From positions 7,661-71,660 of the forward strand of contig JAZAUS010000008.1 in NCBI GenBank assembly GCA_036342255.1: a stretch of 64,000 nt of DNA, in the 5' to 3' direction. The translations under genes were made by a program, and so were the position numbers. Below are positions 16,827 through 25,882 of this stretch, one piece after another. Position 1 is the first letter of the stretch. The number at the start of each line of letters is the position of its first letter. The notes beneath the pieces were generated by a model. That model did no database searches. It was not told the DNA's origin and worked only from the letters and a program-made list of their open reading frames with translations. Source of the stretch: Bacilli bacterium (GTDB lineage Bacteria > Bacillota_I > Bacilli_A > RF39 > UBA660).

Positions 16827-18195
16827 TGTTGTCACCTTCTTTATTTATTAGTTTTAATATTTCATATATTCTATACCATCTATGTTCTTTGGTGATGTTT
16901 TCTTTTATTTTTATATCTAAATTATATAAATCACTATGATAGATAGAATTTTTTATTATTATAAACATTGGAATTTCGTTTGTATATTTAGAATCACTAT
17001 TTATTCCTTGGGCATATTTGTTTATACTTGATAGATTTACCATTTCTAAATCAAATCTTAGTGATAATGCCCACATTAATAGTTTCTTTACTATTATAGG
17101 ATCTAGTCTATTAAACCTATCATAATAATATAATAAAGAACAATAGTATAATCTTATAATATATTTCATTCCTATGGTATTGTCATTTTCTTTTATTTGA
17201 TTTATTAATTCATTATTTGTTTTTTGGATTTCTATTCCTATTTCATCATTTAGATATATACTTAATAATTCATAAATTAGTCTATGATTTTTCTTCATGC
17301 ATTCATTTATTTCTTCTATTTTTTTAAAATATATATCTACCATTTCAAAAAAAGGTATTCCTGAATAGAATGGATGTCCTATTTCATAATGATTCTTATT
17401 TATATTTGTATAATTATAGTTTTCTTTGCATAAATCTATGGTTACACCTTTATAATTATTAATTTCATGGATAGTAAATGGTTGATAATTTTTGTGTGAA
17501 CTCCAATTTAAAATAGGATATAAATAATATGAGAACAGGTTATTTATTTCTTCTGAATTTCTGTTTTCCCATGATTTTACTTTTGAAGCTATTATTTTCA
17601 TTAACTTTTTATTATTTGAATTTGAATAGTTTTCTACTGCTTCTCTTAGATGAAATGCTTTTAATAAATCATGGGGATTTAACTCTTTTCCACGTGAGTT
17701 TTGAGAATCAAATAATTGAAATGCTTCATCTAGTGATTCAACATATACTACTAATACTTCTAGTATGTTTCTTATTGCATAATTAATTATTGTCTTTGAG
17801 TTTTTCTTGTTTTTTACCCAATTATTAATTACTGATATGTTCTCTTTTATTTTTGTTATTGTTTCTTTATTTGAAAACTTTTCTTCTAATAAAGTACTTC
17901 TAAAATTATTATCTATAATTATTTTTATAAGAATTAATGTTATTATTCTTTGTTGGCCATCTACTATTTCATATTTATTTTGTTTATTCTTATATAGTAT
18001 TATTGTACCTATTCTATATTTTATAGGTTTATTATTTTGTCCTTTATCATAATAGGCTTTTTCTATATCGTTTAATAGTGTTATAACACTATTAAATGAC
18101 CATTTATATGGTCTTTGATAGTTAGGTATTATTAAATTTTTCTTTGATAATAATGTTTTAACACTTATTATTTCAGTATTTTTTTTATTACTCAT
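16813..18195 (-). CDS. DUF262 (ParB-like NTPase/nuclease) protein, partner of the downstream GmrSD-like gene
   Basis: NYQRPYKWS and VDGQQRIITL. No DUF1524 motif. 14-nt overlap with the next gene. Confidence 0.75.
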   Translation of the reverse strand: MSNKKNTEIISVKTLLSKKNLIIPNYQRPYKWSFNSVITLLNDIEKAYYDKGQNNKPIKYRIGTIILYKNKQNKYEIVDGQQRIITLILIKIIIDNNFRSTLLEEKFSNKETITKIKENISVINNWVKNKKNSKTIINYAIRNILEVLVVYVESLDEAFQLFDSQNSRGKELNPHDLLKAFHLREAVENYSNSNNKKLMKIIASKVKSWENRNSEEINNLFSYYLYPILNWSSHKNYQPFTIHEINNYKGVTIDLCKENYNYTNINKNHYEIGHPFYSGIPFFEMVDIYFKKIEEINECMKKNHRLIYELLSIYLNDEIGIEIQKTNNELINQIKENDNTIGMKYIIRLYYCSLLYYYDRFNRLDPIIVKKLLMWALSLRFDLEMVNLSSINKYAQGINSDSKYTNEIPMFIIIKNSIYHSDLYNLDIKIKENITKEHRWYRIYEILKLINKEGDNNENK

Positions 18196-18387
18196 TGTAC
18201 TAACCTCTTTATAATTTATTCTTTATTATAATTATAACATAGATTTTTATTTGAATATTATTATATTCAATATAATTAATAAAATCATCTTTTTATTTAT
18301 TCTTTATAAAAAGATAGTAAATTATTTGGATAATGCTCTCTTCAAAGGGACGAATTTTTGTTCGTTTTATACCTGTGATAAATGATT

Positions 18388-18412
18388 AAATCCCCTATAT
18401 TTTAGGGGATTT
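18388..18412 (-). terminator. Hairpin terminator downstream of the five-gene operon
   Basis: AAATCCCCTA-N5-TAGGGGATTT. The U-tract is weak on the minus strand (AAUCAUUU). Confidence 0.45.
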
Positions 18413-18481
18413 AAATTTTTAATTATTTATAAAAGTTTATCACTATTTATAAATCTATATAGGTAAAAGTATAGGTAGCAA

Positions 18482-18877
18482 TTAAAATGGCCAATCTTCA
18501 TTATTTATGAAATTATTACTAGTGACAGGAATTTCTTCAACAGATTCATTATTAGATTCTACTTCTTCCATATCATTTTCTTCTGAAGAAACAATTTCAG
18601 TTTTATCTTCTAAAGAATCAGAGTTTTCTTTATATAATTCTAATAATTCTTCATCACTACAAATACTATTTATAATATTCTCTAAAGTAGTTTTATATAG
18701 TGCTAATTCAGGATTGTTTGAAGTTACTTCATATTCTGTTTTCTCACCATTTTTCTTCAAATCCAAGAAAGATTTAGATATTTCCTTAATATTATTAAAA
18801 TTCAATTTCTTTATTTCTTCGCTAATTTTATAGTAAATATTGTCATCATTATCTTTTTTTAATATTTCAATTTTCAT
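18482..18877 (-). CDS. Small highly acidic protein with SSB-tail-like C-terminus (EDWPF)
   Basis: 131 aa. C-terminal half is Glu/Asp/Ser/Asn rich and ends ..NNEDWPF. 11-nt overlap with the PHP-ATPase gene. Confidence 0.55.
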   Translation of the reverse strand: MKIEILKKDNDDNIYYKISEEIKKLNFNNIKEISKSFLDLKKNGEKTEYEVTSNNPELALYKTTLENIINSICSDEELLELYKENSDSLEDKTEIVSSEENDMEEVESNNESVEEIPVTSNNFINNEDWPF

Positions 18878-21332
18878 ATGTTAATTCTCCTCCATATATT
18901 TGATATCTTTTCTTAATATTTCGTTTACCACCATCTAATATTAAAGCTACCTTATTAGTTGCCACAAGTTTTTCTTCTTCAACATATTCAAGGCAATAAG
19001 AATTATAAGATATCTTATTATCATTATTAACAGATGCTTCAATAATCATATTAGCATCAGAATTTATTGCTACTATCGCATCATGAGATGTAACTATAAT
19101 TTGTTTTTCAATCTTTTGTGTTTTAATAAAGGTAGATAATGTTTCAGAAATAAAACTTTTATCTACATCATTTTCAGGTTGATCTATTAATATGATATCT
19201 GGTTGTTGTTCTTTGATTAATCTATTGAAATAAAATTCTATAGATTTTTTTGCAATATCACCTTTATTAATATCAGATATTAATTTCCAACCATTATTTT
19301 CGTCCAAATATAATTCTATATTTCTTGGAATATCACTTGCATCTGTAATTATTTCACTTAGATTAATATTAATTTCATTTAAAGATTTAATCAAATTCTT
19401 TGTAGAATCAGAATCAAGCAAATTAATTTTAGATAAGTTTAACGATCTGATTTTACCTTTAATTTTATCCAAATTAAATAATTTTGAATCTTCTAAATTA
19501 GTATTATTTACATTAAACAAATTATCATTTAAAGTTAAACGAGCATAATCATTAGAATTAGTTTCAATCTCTTTCTTCAATGATTCATATGGTAAACTCA
19601 ATTGAATTTCAGCTTCTCTTTTCTCATTAAGAAGTGTTCTTTTTAATAAATTAATCAATTTACCAAATTCACTTGTGTATATTTGTTCCCTAGACTTAAC
19701 TGTTTTTTCTTTATTTCCTAGTTTATTAATTGAATCCTCAATTTGTTCATTAATAACATCAACAAGTTTTTTTTCAAACTTGATTTGTCTAATTTTCTTT
19801 TTCACATTTAATGATTCAGTCTTCAAACTTTCTATTATTTCATTATATTTAAAAATTAAGTCATCAATCTTTTCTTTATCAACATCTAACGTCAATAATT
19901 CTTTAATTGAATTAAAATAATTAACAATTTTTTCTTGTTGACTTAATAATTCATTAATTCTTTTTAATTTAAACGTTTGAGTTTTAAATTCACTTTCATC
20001 AAAAATATATTTATTTAAATTAAAAGCATAATTAGAAATTTTATTTTTTGACAAAAAGTCTATAGCCGAATAAATATTTTGAAGTATCCTTTCCCCAACT
20101 TCAATATTATTTTTAATATCCTTTATACATTGATAATAATTATTTACATCATTTTTATAACGATTAATTATAACATTAGCATCATTATCATTATTTATGC
20201 CAAATTTTTCAGCTATTGATAGTTCATCATCTTGGCTCTTTAATATTTCGGAATAAATATTAGGAATTTCAATAATTTTTATATTTTTATTATCTATCTC
20301 ACTATCGTATTTAATATCCAAAACTGATGATTTTCCAACTTTCTTTTCATATGGATTAACTCCTTCTTTAGCACCATCTTTGGATGATTTAGAAGCAGCG
20401 GTTAACCCAATATTTTTTATTTCATAAAGAATCTGATTTAATAGTAAAGTTTTACCAGATCCAGAATTTCCAATTATTACATTTAATCCTGGTGACAATT
20501 TAATTAATGACTCTTCAAGAGATTTATTATTTTTAACCCTTATTTCTTTAATATAACGTTCTCTATTAATAATTTGATTCTCTAAAGATAATCGAGTATC
20601 TGAATTTCTTAAAGAAATTTCTAAACCCCTGTATGTTGGTAAAGCGTTAATTGAATATGATCCTTTTTCAAGAATTTTTTTCTTGCGATCCTCATCGTTA
20701 TCAAATTTATAATCACTGCCCACATATGCTGGAGTATCTTCACCAATTTCACTTGCATTTAAAACTTTATGAATTTTTTCTACCATAGAATACAAATAAT
20801 AGTCTTTTGTATTTTCAAATAGTATTGGAAAACCTGTGCCACTAATCAACGCTTTTATAACCCAATCGATTGTAGATGATTCAATTTTATGATTTAATAA
20901 TCCTTTATCTTTTATTGCATGAGGAATAAAAATAAATTCAAGATTTTCATGAAGATCACAAAAATCTTTTTTATTAAGCAAAACATTATTCCCTTTTGAT
21001 ACTCGCATATTAGTTAATTTATCCGAAAATTTTATTATATCAACATTAGGACTAAGTATTGATATAGCGTGAAATTCTAAACTATCAAATTTATAATCTA
21101 TCTCAACTCCAACTAAATGATTAATATTAAGCATGTCAGATATAATTGCTTGCTTAACATGTTCACTAATATCAATATTATTATGACATGTTACAGCTTT
21201 TAAATCCACATTTTGTTCCTTAAGCCAATTATAATAATCTCTATGAGTATAATTATCTTTAACTTTTTTTCCTTTACAATCTATATCATGGTTGGTATGT
21301 TGATGTAAATCAATTCTACTCCAATATTCCAT
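18867..21332 (-). CDS. PHP phosphoesterase domain fused to Rad50/SMC-like ABC ATPase with long coiled coil
   Basis: IDLHQHTNHD, EFHAIS, PHAIKDKG (PHP). GNSGSGKT Walker A, ~350 aa of heptad-rich sequence, then DIILIDQPENDVD Walker B and VTSHDA. Confidence 0.75.
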   Translation of the reverse strand: MEYWSRIDLHQHTNHDIDCKGKKVKDNYTHRDYYNWLKEQNVDLKAVTCHNNIDISEHVKQAIISDMLNINHLVGVEIDYKFDSLEFHAISILSPNVDIIKFSDKLTNMRVSKGNNVLLNKKDFCDLHENLEFIFIPHAIKDKGLLNHKIESSTIDWVIKALISGTGFPILFENTKDYYLYSMVEKIHKVLNASEIGEDTPAYVGSDYKFDNDEDRKKKILEKGSYSINALPTYRGLEISLRNSDTRLSLENQIINRERYIKEIRVKNNKSLEESLIKLSPGLNVIIGNSGSGKTLLLNQILYEIKNIGLTAASKSSKDGAKEGVNPYEKKVGKSSVLDIKYDSEIDNKNIKIIEIPNIYSEILKSQDDELSIAEKFGINNDNDANVIINRYKNDVNNYYQCIKDIKNNIEVGERILQNIYSAIDFLSKNKISNYAFNLNKYIFDESEFKTQTFKLKRINELLSQQEKIVNYFNSIKELLTLDVDKEKIDDLIFKYNEIIESLKTESLNVKKKIRQIKFEKKLVDVINEQIEDSINKLGNKEKTVKSREQIYTSEFGKLINLLKRTLLNEKREAEIQLSLPYESLKKEIETNSNDYARLTLNDNLFNVNNTNLEDSKLFNLDKIKGKIRSLNLSKINLLDSDSTKNLIKSLNEININLSEIITDASDIPRNIELYLDENNGWKLISDINKGDIAKKSIEFYFNRLIKEQQPDIILIDQPENDVDKSFISETLSTFIKTQKIEKQIIVTSHDAIVAINSDANMIIEASVNNDNKISYNSYCLEYVEEEKLVATNKVALILDGGKRNIKKRYQIYGGELTYEN

Positions 21333-21346
21333 TTAATACCTCCATA

Positions 21347-23227
21347 CTAGCTGTTGATTATATTATTAATATATTTTCTTAAATTATCGTCAGTACAATA
21401 AACATAACAACCTTTCATACCCCTAGTCATTAGTGTTCTATATGTATTTTTTATTATTAAATCAGCAATATTATTAGCTTCTTCTTGGCCTTTTTCTTTA
21501 ACTATTTTATTAATTCCTTTTAATGATTGATCTGTCTTAGCTCTTTTTGTATAATCAGTTATTATGTGTCCGTTTTCATATCTCATGTCATCTCCAATAA
21601 TAACTCCTATATAATCAAATTCTAATCCTTGGCATGTATGAATGCATCCAGCTTCATTTATGGAATCTTTATCAATTGCCCATGTTGTAGAACTACCTAA
21701 GTTCCAACTTATTTCAAAATTATATTCTGGTATTACTATGTCATGAATGTCTGTTTTATTTTTTCCTTCACTTATCCAGTTCCAGCAATATCCTGCTACT
21801 AATCTAGATTTATTATTTTTTTTATTTTTTTCTTCAATAGCTTTTCTTAATTCATTAGGATTATCAAATACTTTAAAGTCATAGTCAAATCCATCTATAT
21901 CAAAATTAGCAGTTTCTTTTATTTCTAGTAAGTTATTTAGCCATGCTATATAGCCATCAGAACCATTGCATCTAAATTGACTGTCTAATTCATAAGTATA
22001 TATGCCAGCATCTAATTCATTAGCGTATTTCTTAATTAAATCTTCACTACCAATATCTTTAAGGGTTACTTTTTGATTTTCATCTATAAAGAATATTGAA
22101 AAATTAGATGCATTAATTATTTCTTTAATTTGGTTTTCACCCTTGTTTTGAAATAAACCTGACTTTTCATTTAATCTATGTGCTTCATCTACTATTAATA
22201 CATCTAATTTATTGCTTTCTTCATCTACAAAATTACCTGATCCTTGAAATAGATGATTAATATATGTTTGGGTGTAATCTCCTCTTAACTTTGTGGAAAA
22301 AACATTTCTTGGAGCAGCATTTTTTGTTACATAGAAACATGTCATGTTTCTATTATTAAATTCTACTAATAGATTAATTGCTAATACTGATTTACCTGTA
22401 CCTGGTCCACCTCTTACTATCATTACATTCTTTTTATTACTAGCCACTGTATCAATAGCATTACTTAATGCATATTCATATATAATCTTTTGTTCATCAA
22501 TCATATAGAATTCTTTATTACCTTGTAACATTTTTGATAAAGAATCTTGAAGCATTTTAGATGGCCTAATTCTTCCATGATCTATTTCATAGAGAATGCT
22601 TCCATCATCTCCATCTTCTATATATCTTTTAATAAAATCTCTTAGTTTAATGACATCATTATGTCCAAATAATGGGGCTATATTTGTATATTCTTTATAA
22701 TTATCAGATAGTAATGTATCGTCATTATCGAAGTAATAATTATGTAAATAAGCACATGGTACTATATTAATATTTTTTAATTGGACTGATTCATTATAAT
22801 CTTTAATTAAATTAGCATAAGTCATTGCTTGGTATGATGGATGGTTGACATCTCTTAACCCTCCGCCTGTATATGTATTTACCTTATAAACACCATCTAA
22901 TTTACCTACTTCAGTTGCTTTATCCCATTGTTTTAATTCTACTATTACAACATTAGATTTATTTTTGTTATAGCCTGATATCATAAAGTCTATTCTACAT
23001 CCAGTTGGGGGTATATTATACTCAATAGCAATACCTGTATTATCTGGTATATCTTTATCATTTAATACTCCTCTCATATATTGCATAGAATTTTTCCATG
23101 AATTAAATTCTGGAGGACTTGGTCTTCTTTTAATTTTTTCTATATATTTATTTCTTATTTTATCCGCTATTAATCCTATATCTACATCATTAATAAAATC
23201 TTTTTTTATTCCTTCATATACTAACAT
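21347..23227 (-). CDS. DUF2075-type protein: PD-(D/E)XK-like N-domain + SF1-like helicase/ATPase
   Basis: RIDFMISG..VVIVELKQW, GGPGTGKS, LIVDEAHRL, SQFRCNGS, CQGLEFDYIGVIIG, RTLMTRGMKGCYVY. Confidence 0.8.
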   Translation of the reverse strand: MLVYEGIKKDFINDVDIGLIADKIRNKYIEKIKRRPSPPEFNSWKNSMQYMRGVLNDKDIPDNTGIAIEYNIPPTGCRIDFMISGYNKNKSNVVIVELKQWDKATEVGKLDGVYKVNTYTGGGLRDVNHPSYQAMTYANLIKDYNESVQLKNINIVPCAYLHNYYFDNDDTLLSDNYKEYTNIAPLFGHNDVIKLRDFIKRYIEDGDDGSILYEIDHGRIRPSKMLQDSLSKMLQGNKEFYMIDEQKIIYEYALSNAIDTVASNKKNVMIVRGGPGTGKSVLAINLLVEFNNRNMTCFYVTKNAAPRNVFSTKLRGDYTQTYINHLFQGSGNFVDEESNKLDVLIVDEAHRLNEKSGLFQNKGENQIKEIINASNFSIFFIDENQKVTLKDIGSEDLIKKYANELDAGIYTYELDSQFRCNGSDGYIAWLNNLLEIKETANFDIDGFDYDFKVFDNPNELRKAIEEKNKKNNKSRLVAGYCWNWISEGKNKTDIHDIVIPEYNFEISWNLGSSTTWAIDKDSINEAGCIHTCQGLEFDYIGVIIGDDMRYENGHIITDYTKRAKTDQSLKGINKIVKEKGQEEANNIADLIIKNTYRTLMTRGMKGCYVYCTDDNLRKYINNIINS

Positions 23228-23233
23228 ATTTAT

Positions 23234-24010
23234 TTACTCACTTCCCAATAATTTTGCATTTTCTACATTAAAACCATCTATTTTTAAGCTATTTATAATT
23301 TTATTTACAGGAATTATCATGGTGTTAATTCTTTGCATATACTTGTTATTTAATAAATCTTCATAATAAACTTCTACTATTATTTTTCTATGATTATTAT
23401 TATTTAAAGTTAAAATTAAATCAATACAAACTGTTTCATTTTTCTTTATAAAGGATTGGTATCCATTAAGTGAAAACTTTCTGTCTTCCTTTTCGTCAAC
23501 TTTTATTAAAATATTTATATTTTTGCTATGATTTAAACCTATATTTTCCATTTTAAAGTATAAATGATATGTATCACCATATTCACCAATTTCTATAGTG
23601 TGATTATAGTTATACCTTGAACTTAAACTATGAAATGAATAATTAAATATTGGAGCATTTTCAATTCTCTTATCCTCCTTATTACTTTCAATTTGAGTTT
23701 TTATTTGCTTCAAAGTTATCAAAACAACAAATACACCACTTATGATGGCACCAATGATTCCAATAATATATGAACTGATAAATTCGAACCATCTATTCAT
23801 ATTTATTCCATTTGCAATTCCTAGTGTAGTAGGCACATTATATCTATCCAATAAATAAACAATAATTGGTATAAAATATACGAATAAAAACAAAATATAT
23901 AAAACTCGTTCAGTCGGACTTTGGGATTCTTTGTACATTTTAACTCCTTGAATCACTGATACAATTGTAATAATTAATACTATGATATAACTTACAATCT
24001 TTATTGCCAT
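23234..24010 (-). CDS. Membrane protein: 3 N-terminal TM helices + ~130-aa soluble C-terminal domain
   Basis: TM segments IVSYIIVLIITIVSVIQGV, VLYILFLFVYFIPIIVYLL, YIIGIIGAIISGVFVVLITL. C-terminal part has alternating beta-like pattern, no motif. Confidence 0.55.
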   Translation of the reverse strand: MAIKIVSYIIVLIITIVSVIQGVKMYKESQSPTERVLYILFLFVYFIPIIVYLLDRYNVPTTLGIANGINMNRWFEFISSYIIGIIGAIISGVFVVLITLKQIKTQIESNKEDKRIENAPIFNYSFHSLSSRYNYNHTIEIGEYGDTYHLYFKMENIGLNHSKNINILIKVDEKEDRKFSLNGYQSFIKKNETVCIDLILTLNNNNHRKIIVEVYYEDLLNNKYMQRINTMIIPVNKIINSLKIDGFNVENAKLLGSE

Positions 24011-24018
24011 TCTACCAC

Positions 24019-24333
24019 CTACAACTTATTATATTTTGTACTTTTTCCTTTTGATTTCTCTATTGGATATTTCTTAGCTGTCTTTTCCATCTTATCTAAA
24101 ACTATTTGTTTAGGATCTACACCTAATTTATTTGCCATTTGTATACAGTAATTTAAAACATCTGCAAGTTCTTCTTTTACTTCTTCTAAATCGTAATTAT
24201 CATTCCACTGAAAACATTCTAATAACTCTCCTGCTTCAATACAAATGCTTTTAGCTAGATTAACTGGAGAATGAAATTGATCCCAATCTCTTTCTTCATT
24301 AAATTTTTCAATCTTTTCTTGTAATTCTTTCAT
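24019..24333 (-). CDS. MazG-like (YpjD/DCTPP1-type) nucleoside triphosphate pyrophosphohydrolase
   Basis: Start reset to MKELQEK (AGGTGA-N5-ATG). FHSPVNLAKSICIEAGELLECFQW..EELADVLNYCIQMANKLGVD is the all-alpha MazG signature. Confidence 0.8.
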   Translation of the reverse strand: MKELQEKIEKFNEERDWDQFHSPVNLAKSICIEAGELLECFQWNDNYDLEEVKEELADVLNYCIQMANKLGVDPKQIVLDKMEKTAKKYPIEKSKGKSTKYNKL

Positions 24334-24350
24334 AGATATCACCTGATTTA

Positions 24351-24360
24351 ATTATAACAT
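24351..24360 (-). promoter_or_regulatory. Extended -10 promoter (ATGTTATAAT) of the five-gene MazG..acidic operon
   Basis: Follows terminator 24444-24468. The -10 ends 17 nt before the ATG, so the leader is very short and begins at the SD. Confidence 0.55.
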
Positions 24361-24443
24361 AAGATTACAGTTTAACCGTAATTTCTAGTTCTATAATTTT
24401 CATTTTGCTCTCTTCCACCCTGATAGAACAATATACACTACAT

Positions 24444-24468
24444 AAAAAGGCGCGTTATTTATGCGCCA
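24444..24468 (-). terminator. Terminator after the HNH endonuclease gene
   Basis: GGCGC-N9-GCGCC + U5. Confidence 0.65.
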
Positions 24469-24481
24469 TTTTATTAATTTG

Positions 24482-25822
24482 TTATGAATAGAATTTTATT
24501 AAATCTTCTAGTTCAATCATTATATTACATTCTTTTAATCTATCAATTCTACTTCTGTATAGCTTTGTAATTATCTCGCGTTTCTCCTTAGGTGTTGCCA
24601 AATGTATTTTTCTATGACAAATAGGACATAAAGACACAATATTTGATTCTACATCTAAACTATATAAGAAATATGATTGTAATTGAATGGGAACTAGGTG
24701 GTGCGCTTCAACATAGTTTTCATTGTTTGCTTTAGAAGTAAAAGTCATATGACTATTATCAAATTCGCACAGATAGTTTGCAACCGCTTTAGCATTAGCA
24801 GCTTTTTGTGGATCTCTTCTAGCAGTGGCCTTTGAAAACTTGTTTGCCAATGGAACAGGTAAATCTAATATTTTTAATAGTGGTTCTGGATCTAAATTAT
24901 TTGATTGTGCTATATATAACTCGTCGTATATATCTTCAAATATGCTATTATTATCAGTTTCACTAATAATATTGGAATCTACAGTAACAATTGACGGTTC
25001 AACAATCATTTTTGCACTTTCAGAATCAACCATACCTGTTTTTGTTAATTCATCAATAATAGTATCAGGAATGTTTTCCTTATTTTTTAAATTATTATTA
25101 ATCTTATCTAATATCATTTTAGCATTTGTTGTTAAATAAAATTTAGGGAATCCATGTGATTCAAATTTATCATCGTTATTTACATCAATCAATTTAAGTT
25201 GTCTACATGTACTTAATATTCTGTAATTTATGTTTGGAGTATAATTACCATCTGATGGATTTTTTCCCCTACTAGAAAAGCCATAAAGGAGATAAATATC
25301 TGTACATATTTTAATTCTTTCTTCTTTGCTAGGCACCATTATTTCAAAATCTGAATAGCCATCTGGATAAGAAACAATATAACCGTTGATCAATCCTTCT
25401 CTTAGGGTAGCAAGAATATAATTTTGAAACATATTAATATCATCTAGAGAACATATTGATTCCAACTTATTTATAATATAATCTTCAATTGGAATACTTC
25501 CATAAATAAATTGTATGAACTCTTTAGTAAATTTATAATTTCGTGCCTCATCTGGATCAGTTAAAAATTTTATTTCAATCATTCCACGAATATTATCGGC
25601 TATAGTACTTTGGCCAGTCTCTGACAACTTACATATTTCATCCTCAATTTCTTTTTGACTAACAGTAGTCCTTTTTGTTTCAAGATACCACTTTTTAAAC
25701 TTTTCAACACAACTAAAAATATTTCTTGTTAAACTTTTCGCTGGTCTTAATCCATCTTCAAATATTAATTTATTTTCATTTTCTTTATAAAACTTTAAAA
25801 AATAATCAAAATTAAACTCCAT
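24482..25822 (-). CDS. HNH-motif endonuclease, probable restriction enzyme of the adjacent C5-MTase pair
   Basis: Start reset to MEFNFDYF. C-terminus EAHHLVPIQ..SNIVSLCPICHRKIH. Own TGATATAAT promoter after the MTase terminator. Confidence 0.65.
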   Translation of the reverse strand: MEFNFDYFLKFYKENENKLIFEDGLRPAKSLTRNIFSCVEKFKKWYLETKRTTVSQKEIEDEICKLSETGQSTIADNIRGMIEIKFLTDPDEARNYKFTKEFIQFIYGSIPIEDYIINKLESICSLDDINMFQNYILATLREGLINGYIVSYPDGYSDFEIMVPSKEERIKICTDIYLLYGFSSRGKNPSDGNYTPNINYRILSTCRQLKLIDVNNDDKFESHGFPKFYLTTNAKMILDKINNNLKNKENIPDTIIDELTKTGMVDSESAKMIVEPSIVTVDSNIISETDNNSIFEDIYDELYIAQSNNLDPEPLLKILDLPVPLANKFSKATARRDPQKAANAKAVANYLCEFDNSHMTFTSKANNENYVEAHHLVPIQLQSYFLYSLDVESNIVSLCPICHRKIHLATPKEKREIITKLYRSRIDRLKECNIMIELEDLIKFYS

Positions 25823-25859
25823 TACTTCACACCTCAATGATAATTATATCATATGATAG

Positions 25860-25882
25860 AAAAAAGGGCCATAAATGGCCTC
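25860..25882 (-). terminator. Terminator after the second methyltransferase gene
   Basis: GGCCA-TTTA-TGGCC + CUUUUU. Confidence 0.6.
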
